A stretch of 64,000 bases of DNA. Source: Selaginella moellendorffii (lineage: Eukaryota; Plantae; Lycopodiophyta). The DNA is taken from assembly GCF_000143415.4 (NCBI RefSeq), contig NW_003314270.1:310001-374000 (forward strand). The letters are read 5' to 3'. Of this stretch, positions 25,001-36,684 are shown piece after piece. A model generated the notes under the pieces. That model had not been told where the DNA came from and did not search any database. It saw only the letters and a program-made list of their open reading frames with translations. Made by a program: the position numbers and the translations under genes. Numbering within the stretch: position 1 is the stretch's first letter; each line of letters opens with the position of its first letter.

Positions 25001-25946
25001 TCGGGGTTGATACGCGACTTCACTTCCGAGCAGTCACCTTTCTTGCTCCCAAGGACGCGTATTGCCTCGTCCCAGAAGCTATCTCCTGGTGATACATACT
25101 TGTTGTCGAGTAGCCAGTTCGGAGTCAGCTTGGGCTCGCCACCATTTCCAGCACTTGCATGAGGAGTGCATGGTGGCTTCTTCGCACTGTGCTGAAAGGC
25201 CGGTAATTGTCTGTCAGCCATTTCAACCATTTCAGCCGCTCGTTCCACTTCGTTGCACTGAGAGGAATCGCCAGGTCGCTTCTCAAAGCTTTGCTTTGGA
25301 GAGACGTCCATCTTCTCGCTCTTCTCTTGCAAAACATCTCTAGAGGTAGCTGCTACCTTTTTTGTCGGGGAAACACCACTGAAACCAAACAGACGCATCA
25401 GCAGAAAGGAATGAAAGAAAAAAGATCATCGTCACTTACTGGAGACAGATCGCCAGGAACTCGTTCGCTATTTCTTCTCGTTTGCTTTCCTGTCCCTCCA
25501 ACAATGCACTGAAAGCAGTGAGCTTATCTTCTGGCTGATTGTCGGGCTTGTGATTTTCCTCTTGCTTAATCTTCTTCTCCCGCTGTTCCTCGTTTTCCTG
25601 CCCGTGAATCGACGTAGAACACCTCTTAAGAGCGATGCGATCCTCAATCCGGTTGCAAAGACTCGTCCTCACGGAAGAATTCGCCTCCACGACGCTGCGC
25701 TTCTCCCGAGTAGCCTCGGCCACTGACACTGGACTCTTGTTACTCACAATGAACCCGTCCAGGCTGCATTTCCTGTGCGGCGACGAGTCGTCCAAACTCG
25801 CCCTCCTCGCGACCGGAGAGACCGATTTCGCCGATAGCTTCTGCTTCTTCTTCGATTGGACCTGGAAGAACGCGCGCCTCGATCAGAGCTGCGCAATCCA
25901 GCGATCGATGGGTCGAACTCACCTGGTCGAGCCGCGCCTTGTCCAT
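19066..25946 (-). CDS. TEB: DNA polymerase theta / TEBICHI (SF2 helicase plus family A polymerase), many exons
   Basis: Start MDKARLDQ|FFQVQSKKK; helicase motifs [51 protein letters not shown]; polymerase motifs [44 protein letters not shown]. Confidence 0.97.
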
Positions 25947-26053
25947 TAAGCCATGGAAGAATCCCTCGCCCTAGCCCTAGATCCGTTGGAAGCATAAAAA
26001 ATATGCTTAGTTTCAAATTTAAAAACTGGCGCGTTAACGTTAGCGCCCGATTT

Positions 26054-28288
26054 CTACCAGTGATCGTTACAAGAGCACGCTCCATCTTTGTAAGAATGGA
26101 AGCGGCTCGCGTCCCTGCAAATTATCGCCCGCTGCTCGATCTTGGAGATCAATCCAATAGCCCTGTGGCAATCGTCGCAAACTCTCAGATTCTTGGTCAC
26201 TCTGATCGTCGCGCCTGGGGCCGTGTTGATGAGCGCGCAAGCGATCGCTAGCCTCTCGCTGTGCCCGCACAAAGCGTCCTCTTTCTCCTCGCTTGAAATC
26301 CTGCTGCTGGCGTTGTTCAAGCTTCCAAAGTCTGGAACGTAGCCTTGGTCCTTCATTCTCAGCACAAGGCTGCTCAGCTTCGCCTGGATGTCGTCCCTCT
26401 GCGGATGATTCTTCTCTCCAGCAGCTAAAAAGGAGTGAACTCTTCCCGCTGGATCGACCCACCAGCTCTGTGCCGGCTCAAACTTCTTCCACGCTCGAGC
26501 TCTCGTTCTCATTCCCTCGACTCGGCTCTGCTCCTCCCACATTCCCTGGCTGCCGTAGATGCTTCCCATCAGCATATAGGCCGAGACGTCGCCCTCTTCC
26601 AGCTTAACCAGAGCCTCAAACGCGAGCTTTCCTTTCTCCAAGTTTTTCCACTTCCGGCAAGAGCTTAAAACCGTCCTCCATGTCACAGAGTCCGCTTCGA
26701 AAGGCATCGTTTTCACCATTGCCACTGCCGCGTCTAGTTCGTTTGCTCTGGCCAAGATATCCACCATGCAGGTGTAGTGCTGGATCCCGGGAGTTAAACC
26801 ATAGTCGGTGCTCATCATCTCGAAGTACCGTTTTCCCTGCTTAACCAGTCCCGCGTAGCTACAGGCCGTGAGAACGGATACGAAAGTGACCGCATTTGGT
26901 TGCAAACCTTCGTCTCGCATCTTCTTGAAAAAAACGAAGGCGTTCTCTGCGTCCCCTTGCGAAGTGTATCCAGATATGATCGAAGTCCAGGCGATGGAGT
27001 TTGCTTTGCAGAGTGTGTCAAAGAAGAGCTGAGCGTCATCGACCCTCCCGCATTTGCCATATGCATCAACGATACAGTTAGCTAGAACAGCATAGCTTTC
27101 GAAACCAAACCTGTAGATATCCGCGAGGACTGCTTTGACGTACTCGACAGCCACCACGCAGCTACAGGCCTTCAGAGCGGCGAGGAAGGTCCAAGCATTC
27201 GGTGTACAGCCCCGACATTGCATGTCCTCGAAGAGATCCAAGGCCACCTTGCCTTCACCATTTTCAGCGTAGCCCAGCACCAGCGCCGTCCAGGACACCA
27301 CATCGTGCAGTGGCATCTTGTCAAAAACTCTGCGAGCGTCTGCCGAGCTCCCACACTTGACGTAGAAATCCACCAGCGTGTTTGCGACGAAGTACTCCAA
27401 CTCGAGACCACCTTTAGCAGCTTCGGCGTGTATAACCATTCCTCTCTCCAGTGAGCGAACTTTTACTTCACGTTTGCCCGAAAGTCGCACAGCCTCCTCT
27501 TTTGATGCCAGACTTGTGCAAGCCTTCACTGCAGCAACGTAGCTCCGAGCGTTTGGCTGACAGCCCCGAGCTTTCATCTCCTGGAATAACTCTAGAGCCG
27601 ACTCTGGTTCACCATTGTCACCGTGTCCCACCATGACTGAATTCCAAGTAACGACGTCCCGCTGCTTCATACCGTCAAAAACTCTCCGGGCTTCTTTCAA
27701 GCTCCCACATTTCGCGAAAAGATCCACTGCCGCATTTGGAACAAAAATGTCGGAGTCGCAGCCGATCTCCACAGCTTGGTCGTAAATCGTGAGACCCTTC
27801 TGCAAAGATCCGATTTTTAGAGCTTTTCCACCCAGCTCCTGACCCTGTTCTTGGCTTGCGAGAGCGCTGCAAGCTTTCAGAGCCGCAACAAAAGTCCTGG
27901 CATTTGGAACGAAGCCTTTCCTTTGCATCAGTCCAAAAGAATCCAGAGCCATACCTCCATGCCCGTTGTTTGCATAGCCGAATATCAGCGAATTCCAGGA
28001 GACCACGTCTGGACGAGCCATTCTATCAAAGACCCTTTGGGCATCCACCATGCTCCCGTGCTTGGCGTACATCGAAACCAAGCTCCCGGCAACGTAAACA
28101 TTCGTGTCCAGCCCTCTTCCAGCAGCATCTCTGTGAATCCTCCTCCCTATGTCCAAATCTTTGCACGATTTCAGTGCTGCCACAACCCGCGATACCTCGG
28201 ATTGCCCTGCCGGAGGCGAAATGGAAAATCTCCTCACCAGAACGAAGACAATCCATCCAACACGCGCATTGGATCTCGATCGAAGCAT
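26054..28288 (-). CDS. PLS-class PPR protein with DYW cytidine-deaminase domain (organellar RNA editing factor), intronless, 744 aa
   Basis: PLS repeats, E domain, HSERLA...KNLRVCDDCH zinc-binding motifs, C-terminus CSCNDHW. Confidence 0.95.
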   Translation of the reverse strand: MLRSRSNARVGWIVFVLVRRFSISPPAGQSEVSRVVAALKSCKDLDIGRRIHRDAAGRGLDTNVYVAGSLVSMYAKHGSMVDAQRVFDRMARPDVVSWNSLIFGYANNGHGGMALDSFGLMQRKGFVPNARTFVAALKACSALASQEQGQELGGKALKIGSLQKGLTIYDQAVEIGCDSDIFVPNAAVDLFAKCGSLKEARRVFDGMKQRDVVTWNSVMVGHGDNGEPESALELFQEMKARGCQPNARSYVAAVKACTSLASKEEAVRLSGKREVKVRSLERGMVIHAEAAKGGLELEYFVANTLVDFYVKCGSSADARRVFDKMPLHDVVSWTALVLGYAENGEGKVALDLFEDMQCRGCTPNAWTFLAALKACSCVVAVEYVKAVLADIYRFGFESYAVLANCIVDAYGKCGRVDDAQLFFDTLCKANSIAWTSIISGYTSQGDAENAFVFFKKMRDEGLQPNAVTFVSVLTACSYAGLVKQGKRYFEMMSTDYGLTPGIQHYTCMVDILARANELDAAVAMVKTMPFEADSVTWRTVLSSCRKWKNLEKGKLAFEALVKLEEGDVSAYMLMGSIYGSQGMWEEQSRVEGMRTRARAWKKFEPAQSWWVDPAGRVHSFLAAGEKNHPQRDDIQAKLSSLVLRMKDQGYVPDFGSLNNASSRISSEEKEDALCGHSERLAIACALINTAPGATIRVTKNLRVCDDCHRAIGLISKIEQRAIICRDASRFHSYKDGACSCNDHW

Positions 28289-28319
28289 CGATATTTATCG
28301 GTTGCTTACATTTTCGCAG

Positions 28320-28690
28320 CTCCAACAAAACCCTAGAAATATTTCATTCCCTCGCTAGGGTTTAAGCCAAGGATATTCTGCCACGTGGCAGATAGGGGAC
28401 CGTCGGATCTCGATCGCGGCCGTACAAGTGTGCCCCATTTGCTGGCATATCGTTTTCGAAATTCGTCGCATATCTTTGAGAGACTCTCATGTTGGTTCTT
28501 CGCCTTTGCATAATTGACAAAGGTACACACTACGCACACACCACTTGCGAGTAAAAAAGGTTTACCTGCAGTGGTAGTAGCTAAAATGATAGACACTCTC
28601 TTTAAATATGCTGCTGCCTAGCTCTCTTTTTGTGTCACAGAGGAAGAGTAGTGTTTTGGATTTTACAAGCCCTAGGGTTTGGAAGGAGCT
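28320..28690. promoter_or_regulatory. Bidirectional promoter between DYW-PPR and AMP deaminase
   Basis: About 0.4 kb between divergent ATGs (28288 and 28696); telo-box AAACCCTA at 28328 and TAGGGTTT at 28356 and 28673; G-box CCACGTGG at 28381-28388. Confidence 0.6.
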
Positions 28691-28695
28691 CCGCC

Positions 28696-31600
28696 ATGGA
28701 ATCCTCGGCGGACAGCAGCAAAATCCCGTCGCTCGTCTCCCTGACGGCCGCAGCGATCGTCGGCGCGAGCTTCATGGCGATATCGGCCTACTGGATGCAT
28801 CAGAGATCCATGGAGCGGCTGCTGGAGCGCGGATTGGAGCGCCGGAAGCTTGGCAAGGAGGATAAGGTGAGGCGCTCGCAGTGTAGGCGATCCAAGACGG
28901 TGGTGGAGGCCAAGAGCTACGAAATTTTGGCTGTGGAGACGGGGATCGTGGCCAACGGGCTCACGAATCACTCCGATTCGAAGCTCGTCTCCTCCACCTC
29001 CCCGTCCGTGTCCGATCACGATGAGAAGATCGAAAAGGCTGCATTTGACCACAGTGCTTGCGCGATCCCTCCTGGATTGCCCAAAGTCAAGACCAAACGT
29101 GAAGGTCAGTGCTTTCCTTTCCTGTTACTGCAAATCGATCAAGTCTTTTTCTTGCTAGGCTCTTGCCAGTCTCTTCACTCTGCTAGAAGAGCTACTCCTT
29201 TGGGGAATTCCGTGATGCGCTCCTCTCCTACGGCAAGTAATGGTGCTTTTGGAAGTATGGAAGAATCAGACAATGAGAGTGATCTTGGCGAGGATGAAGT
29301 TGCTGTGGATGGTGTGACTCCCGAGCTATCGTCTCCGAGAGATAATGCCGTAAGTTTCCTTTTTTACTCCGTCAATGTTTTTTCTTTCTTTTTGCTTGCT
29401 TTCTACCAGTGATGATTTCTATGCTGTTGTAATCAGGTTGAGCCTCCCGCGGGCGCAGTTGTGAGCGACACTTCGGAGCAGCAGAAGGCCATGAATCGAT
29501 CGATCAGTATCCCGGGAGAGATGCATCACGCACCGGATCCTGTTGCTGCCGACATCCTCCGAAAGGAGCCAGAACAAGAGACTTTTGTTCGCCTCAATGT
29601 GGCTCCAATCGGTTTGTTTTCGAAGGTTGATGCGAGCGTTTTTAACACTTGGTCGTTATTCTAGACGCTCCTTCGGACGAGGAAGAAGAGGTTTGCTTGA
29701 TGATGCAAGAGTGCCTAGAAATGCGAGACAAGTACGTGTTTCGGGAAATGGTGCCTCCCTGGAAGAAGGGGATCTTTGACTCGTCAACACCCAAAGCAAA
29801 CCCGGATCCATTTCGATACGAGCCTCAAGCTCCCAGCAAGGTTCGAAACACGATATTTTGCGTACTGTATTTGATTTTGTTTTTATTATATAGCACGTTT
29901 ATCGCATGGAAAACGGAGTCGTCCATGTCTATACGGATGCTGATGGTACTTATTTTCTTACCAACTTTTCCTTGCAACTAAGGTTTTAATAACTGTGTAA
30001 TCAGCCAAAGAGGAACTCTTCCCGGTTGCTGATGCTACAACCTTTTTTACTGACATGCATAGGATACTTCGAATCGTCTCACTCGGCAATGTTCGAACTC
30101 TCTGCCACCACAGGCTTCGTCTCCTAGAGCAGGTATGTTGTATAAAAGTGCTTTGGTATTATGGTTAAGTTTATTCGGTTCCCGGGATGCAGAAATTTAG
30201 TCTGCACTTGATGCTTAATGCAGATCGGGAATTCTTGGCTCAAAAGAGTGCACCACATCGTGACTTTTACAACGTTCGTAAGGTTGACACTCACGTTCAT
30301 CACTCGTCGTGTATGAATCAGAAGCATCTCCTGCGTTTTATCAAGTCGAAGTTGAGAAAAGAACCTGATGAGGTGAGATTGTTATTTTCTTTTGACTTGC
30401 TAACGCCGTTTTTTGTGGACAGGTCGTTATTTTTCGTGATGGGAAGTATCTTACGTTGAAGGAAGTTTTTGAAAGTCTAGACTTGACAGGGTAATCTGCA
30501 AGTTTTCCACTCCGATTTTCTAACTCTCGTTTTCTCAGTTATGACCTCAATGTGGATCTTCTAGATGTACATGCGGACAAAAATACTTTCCATAGATTCG
30601 ATAAATTTAACTTAAAATACAATCCTTGTGGGCAAAGTAGGCTCCGAGAAATATTCTTGAAGCAGGACAATCTGATTCAAGGTATGTTAATTTCTCCGCC
30701 TATTCTTTCTTCTTTTTTTCCATCATTACGCTTGCTGGTTTACAGGACGTTTTTTGGCCGAGTTGACGAAGGAAGTCTTCTCCGATCTTGCTGGCAGCAA
30801 ATATCAGGTTTTTATTCGCTTACCTTCATGTGTCAATCTGAGCTTGTGTACAAATGCAGATGGCAGAATATAGGATCTCTGTTTATGGCAGAAAACAAAG
30901 CGAGTGGGATCAATTAGCAAGCTGGATTGTGAACAACGATTTGTATAGTGAGAACGTCGTCTGGCTAATCCAGGTTTGCGAATTATTCACTCGTTTGTCT
31001 TCTACATGCTTTGCGTTCATGCAGCTTCCGCGCTTGTACAATGTTTACTATGATATGGGCATTGTTACCTCTTTTCAGTCAATTCTTGACAACGTTTTTA
31101 TACCGTTGTTCGAGGTCACTGTGAATCCCGATTCACATCCTCAACTCCATGTGTTTCTTAAGCAGGTATTACTTTGTGTTCATCTCGAACTAGAGCTTAA
31201 TCACTGAACTTTATGCAGGTTGTCGGTTTTGACATGGTGGACGATGAAAGCAAACCCGAAAGACGGCCAACTAAGCATATGCAGACTCCCGAACAGTGGC
31301 AAATTTCTTTCAATCCAGCATACTCGTACTGGGCATATTACGTGTATGCCAATCTCTACACACTTAACAAGGTAAGCTTTTCTTAGTTTTCTCTTCAATA
31401 CGTTCGAACTGTGTTATTGTAGCTACGAGAGTCGAAAGGAATGTCTACGATCAAATTTCGTCCTCACGCTGGCGAGGTATGTTCTGATGAGACTAGGCTC
31501 GCTATGCTACTCTTACCTTGCCTACCCAGGCTGGAGATGTTGACCACCTTGCCGCAGCTTTTCTCTTGACCCATAATATCGCCCATGGAAATAATCTCCG

Positions 31601-32278
31601 GAAGTCGCCGGGTCTACAATATTTATTTTACCTCGCTCAGGTTTGTCTTGGTATCTTTGTGGTTGGTGACTGAGTCCTGTTTCAGATCGGCTTGAGCATG
31701 TCCCCTCTGAGTAACAACTCTCTTTTTCTGGATTATCATCGAAATCCGTTTCCAATGTTTTTTGCTCGCGGGCTGAATGTTTCACTGTCGACGGATGACC
31801 CTCTACAGATACATCTTACTAAGGAACCTTTGGTTGAAGAATACAGTATTGCGGCTCAGGTTTTATTGGTTTTTGTTCTTTTGATTGTAATAACTCAGCT
31901 AACCAGTACCATCTCGCAGGTTTGGAAGCTTAGCTCTTGTGATATATGTGAGATAGCTCGGAATTCGGTTAACCAGTCTGGCTTTGATCATGGAGTGAAG
32001 GTGTACTTTTTGTTGCTATTATTGTTGCCTTGTGCCTTGACTTGTCCGAGTTAACTGCAGTGTCACTGGCTTGGGAACAACTGTCACCTTCGAGGACCTG
32101 CGGGGAATGACATTCATAAGTCAAATGTTCCTCATATGCGAATCGAATTTCGGCATGAGGTATGGAGCTGCAGAGGCTTGTGTTGTGGCAACGTCTTTCT
32201 TTCCTGCAGGTTTGGAAAGAGGAATTGAATTATGTCTTCCTTGGACAAACCAAAATTCCAAACTACGTGGATATTTGA
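28696..32278 (+). CDS. AMPD: AMP deaminase (plant FAC1 type with N-terminal membrane anchor), many exons
   Basis: N-terminal [20 protein letters not shown]; [29 protein letters not shown]; [13 protein letters not shown]; [10 protein letters not shown]; ends [15 protein letters not shown]. Confidence 0.97.
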
Positions 32279-32569
32279 ACGAGGATAGCAGGTTTGGCTT
32301 TGCCAAGGATATCTTTAATCATTTCGGACATGAGGCCTTCCCCTGAGAGTGGTTATTGTACAGGCGTATAACTAGGACAGGAAGAGAGAGCCTTCTGGGC
32401 CTATACAACGCAAATCTTCCTTTTTTTTAAATTTATACTTTACTCTTTTCAGGTCAAGTTATCCGTGCTTTGCTTACATGATGAGCGTTTATGCGGTGAC
32501 AGGTTTCCTGACCTTTTCAACCGATCAGCTCACTCTTAGCAGTTCTTGCAGAAGAGCCTACCTGGTCGG

Positions 32570-34666
32570 TCATTTTCTACTGTCGTCCAATTTGTCAGTG
32601 GCTACGAGCTCCAGTGCTACTTTCTCAGAATCCAGACTGTCTTCGTCGGCAATAATCGATTTGTATCTGTACCAGCGAGCGCAAAACAGGAATATGACGA
32701 AGTTTACTGCAAACAGCACGGCCTGCAGCCAGTAGAAGTAATCAAGGTGGCCTTTGTTGAGGTTGTTGCTGAGCCAGCTTACTCGTCCCCCGCGGGAGGT
32801 CTCTCTGTTAACAACAGTGACGAGGATACTGCTGAGGTAGCTACCCAGCGCAGTGATGCTCGAAAACAACGCACTGGCAAGGCTGCGGAGATGCTCTGGA
32901 AACTGATCGTAGAAGAACTCCAGATGTCCGATGGATACGAAAGACTCGGACATGCCGATAAGGATGAACTGTGGCGCCAGCCAGAAGGCAGAGAAAGGAA
33001 CCGTTCGGTGGGGGTGGTCCAGGAGTCCGGCATTTAGTGCCGCCTTTCTCCGAGCTCCTTCGGCAAACGCCGCAACTACCATGGCCATTATAGAGATGAA
33101 GAGGCCGATTCCGATTCTCTGCAAGAAAGTAATGCCGCGCTCGTGGCCCGTGACTTTTCTGGCCAGCGGCATGAAGACCCGGTCGTATAGTGGAACGCAA
33201 GCGAGCAGTGTCAGGATTCCGAAGACGTGGAAAGTTGCAGGCGGTATGACGAAAGAGCGTAGGTGTCGGTCCATACTTCTGGCTTGCTGGATGGTGAAAG
33301 TGTTTTGGAGGCCGTGAGCTAGCGTGAAGACTATGCCAGTGGCCCATATAGGCGAGGTTCTTATGATGCATTTGAGCTCTTCTACCTGCTGGACGGAGCA
33401 CAGCCTCCATGGCAGTGGTTTACCGTCTTCGAAGTCTTCATCGGCTGGACAGGCCGACTTGTCAAGGAACCTGGGAGAGAGAGGCGAAGTCAGACTTTTT
33501 ACGAAGAGCAGAGAACGTCACCTGAATTGGTCCGTGTGTTGTAGACGAACTCCAGTTTCGGCTTCAACGTTGTAAAGGTGTGCGGGATCTTCCGGCAGGC
33601 TTAATCTGCGTTTCCGATATGCTGCGGCTACAACTTGGAGTAGCCTGATGAAGGGACTTCCATTTGGTGCAACGTGCCGGTACCATGGCGAGCCGACGAG
33701 AAAGAAGATGACGGATATGACCATAGCAACGGCAGGGATTCCGAAACCCCAGGTCCATCCGACGTGCTCCTGGACGTAGACGATGACTGTGACGGACAGA
33801 AGAATGGCGATTCCCAGGCCGAAGAAATACCAGTTGAAGAAGCTGAACGACTGCTTTCTTTGCTTCAAGTTCTTCTGATCGAACTGGTCTGCTCCAAACG
33901 CGGCAACGCAAGGCTTGATGCCTCCGGAGCCAAGCGCGAAGAACGCGAAGGAGATATAAAGGAAGGCCTTTTGAGCTGACGACGCCGGTTGACAGGCTAC
34001 TTCTTTGGCAGCGTTGCAATGCGGCGGCCGGAGGGATGAGAAAGTTGCATCGATTGTGAGCATCACAATTCCCTGAAACGCGAGGACAGGTAAAACTTTC
34101 AATGATTTGGTGTACGATAAAAAAGTTCTCCTTTTCTGTGACACAGATTACTCACAATGGCATATGTTAGAGAGCCGATAATGATCGTCATGTATCGTCC
34201 CAAGTGAGCATCCGCAACGTACGCACCCAGCAGCGGAGTGATGTTGTTCAAGCCATTGAAGTTAGTCAGAGTCACAGCCGCCTGAACATTGCTCATGTTG
34301 AGCTGTTGCACGAGGTACGTTATAAGATTTACATGAAGTCCGATCATTGCCAACTTCTCGGAGATCTCATTCCCTGCAGGCACAGAAGAACAGTTTGGAG
34401 TGAGCCAACGAGACAAGTGTTTACTGTTATATTTGTGCCTGATCACGTGTTTTCTGCAGGGGCTTTGGGAAACATAACGACAACGCACCTATGATGAAGG
34501 GGTAAGTTTTCCAGCCCCCCTTGTTCCTCGTCACGGTTTTCAAGCCCTCGAGCTGCTCGTTCTCCGCGGCACTTACTTGATCAGATGGAGTTCGCCTGTT
34601 GAATCTCCTAACCACAAAGCCAAGAGGTGAGCAACATTTCCAGTACACTTGCTGGCCATGCTCCAT
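32570..34666 (-). CDS. NPF: NPF (NRT1/PTR) transporter; exons 34666-34489, 34373-34156, 34072-33522, 33470-32570
   Basis: GGWKTYPFIIGNEISEKLA (ExxEK motif), GSGGIKPCVAAFGADQFD, SFFNWYFF, LEFFYDQFP, GHLDYFYWL. Confidence 0.95.
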
Positions 34667-35367
34667 TGTGACGTCTTCTCTCTTTTCAGATCCTTGAGGA
34701 GATTCTCGGCCTGCGCGTCAGCAACTTGTTAGTAGCGGCGGGCATTGTTTCCGTGACGACACTACACCGGGAACAGCAGAAAGAAAACACTCGGATACTC
34801 GAGACTCTCGGACTCTCTCCTCGAAACTAGAGCAGCAACATCAAACAGGCTCAAAACAAACTCAAGCTCGAGACGCAGCGAATGCAAAACTTACAGTTAC
34901 CGCCAACCGTAGCGAGCACAGAACTTTAGCTCTCGACGAGGCCAACTCCACTTGGAACTATCTCTCTCGCAAAATCATCGGGACTTCCAAGCAAAATACG
35001 AATGGAGCAGGAGCCAAAGCTAAGCAAACAAGTGCACTGCTAGCTGGGCTGTGGCTGGACGAGAAACAAGAGGAAGCGACAAAAGGGAAGAGGCGGCCTG
35101 GCAAAAGCGCGAAAGACAAAAACAACCAAATGAGCCGCTACTGCGACTACGATCTGCAAGCTGAGAACGCGGCCATGAATGAGAATGGTGGGGACGCCGA
35201 GTGGGAATAGATCAACTTTAAATGCACCAGACAGGGAGCAGCCTCTCGCCGCGGCTTTCGTCCAGGAAAACTTGATCACCCACCATCGCTCAAGGTAATT
35301 ATGATTCCCGATATCCGCAATTAGCCGCTAATCAATCTCTTGGCCTGTCTGTCTCGTTCGTGCAGCG

Positions 35368-35395
35368 GCAGCACAGCAGCACAGCAGCACAGCAG
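35368..35395 (+). repeat. Short tandem repeat of (cagcagca)-like units; copy at about 45340-45368
   Basis: gcagcacagcagcacagcagcacagcag read directly. Confidence 0.7.
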
Positions 35396-36684
35396 GCTTT
35401 TGTGCTCTTGTTCGGTTCGGTTTTTAATAACGCAGAGAAGAGAAGAGCCATGAACTTGCAGATACTGCGGCGTTTATAGCCTTTCTTTGAAAGCTTCACA
35501 TTCGATCCAGGTTCTTTAATTTTTCTTTTAGCTTATTTGCCAGCAGCCACTCATTCGTCTCGCTCTTTCAGATTTAATGCAGCGAACCTGTGCGTCATCG
35601 CGCAAAAGCTATACGAGCTTTTCCATCGCTGGAAAGCTTTTAGCTGCACTTCCCGAAAGATTCACTCTTTCCTTGTTTCGCTGTGTACCACGCCAGGCGT
35701 CGCTCTACCTCGTGGCTACGAGTGCGTCCGTTCAATCTGGCAAGAGCATTGCTTTTCCTCTTTGGCCGACCCACGTTGATAAGGCTGCAAACGCTCTGTC
35801 CAGTTTTTCGGTGGCCGTAAAGGAATCTTCTGGTCATGGCCGGTCAAAGTAATATGGTTGACCAGATTGTGGATGGTCAACGCCATATGCTCGCTAGTTA
35901 TCTAATTAATTGCACCGTACAAATTGTATGTCTCCCAGCTTGGTTTTGATTGATTTGATTTCCAAACTCGCATTGTCTTCTCTTTCATCCAGATGCTGTT
36001 ACTGATTCGCATCATGCACTTCTAGCAGGCGTTCTAGTAAGTTATTGTGAACATATAAAAACTTATCTCTAATAAATTTTCACTAATGTTGGAAGCTGCA
36101 AAAAGATTCGCTGGGTTTTAGCTGTAGGCATGCGCCCTCATACATTGACTAATTGTTACCAAGGCGGCATCTTTTTCATCCTCGGTCCAAATCTCGTGCA
36201 TTATATTCAAGGTCTTCCCCGGCCTGGTCTCTTCGTGCGTCCAATGTTCTTAATATAACTAATGCTTGCACAAATTCTCCTGAATATCAGAGGAGACTTT
36301 GGGAAGAATTCTTTTCCTTCTGTGATACCATGTGAACGTTCACAAAGAAAAAGGCTTCTGGAAAATCCGTGCTCTTAAGCTCGTTTGTAGACAAGGATTT
36401 GCCAGAAGAACCATTGGTCTTTTAAGGGAATGGGAAGCATCCACAACACTTTCGCCTCCAACTTGTAGTATGAAAACAAAAAGATGCCTTTACTTCACAT
36501 GCTTTTGTCCTAGTCTGAAGCAAGTAAAAGTGGGACAAAAGCATGTGAAGGCCTGATGCCACATCATCGTCAGGTAAGCGGAGAGAGAGTGAATCAGGAT
36601 GGTGTTTAACGGGAGGCGTCGGTCCTGGGCATGGCTTATATATGGCTGCAGTTGTGCGGCTGAATCATAGGATTATAACCTATA

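Noticed and set aside
35000-35880. Coding-like GC-rich patches in the duplicated spacer
   Set aside because: Stops and indels differ between the two units and no family is recognisable; possibly a dead gene but unsupported.
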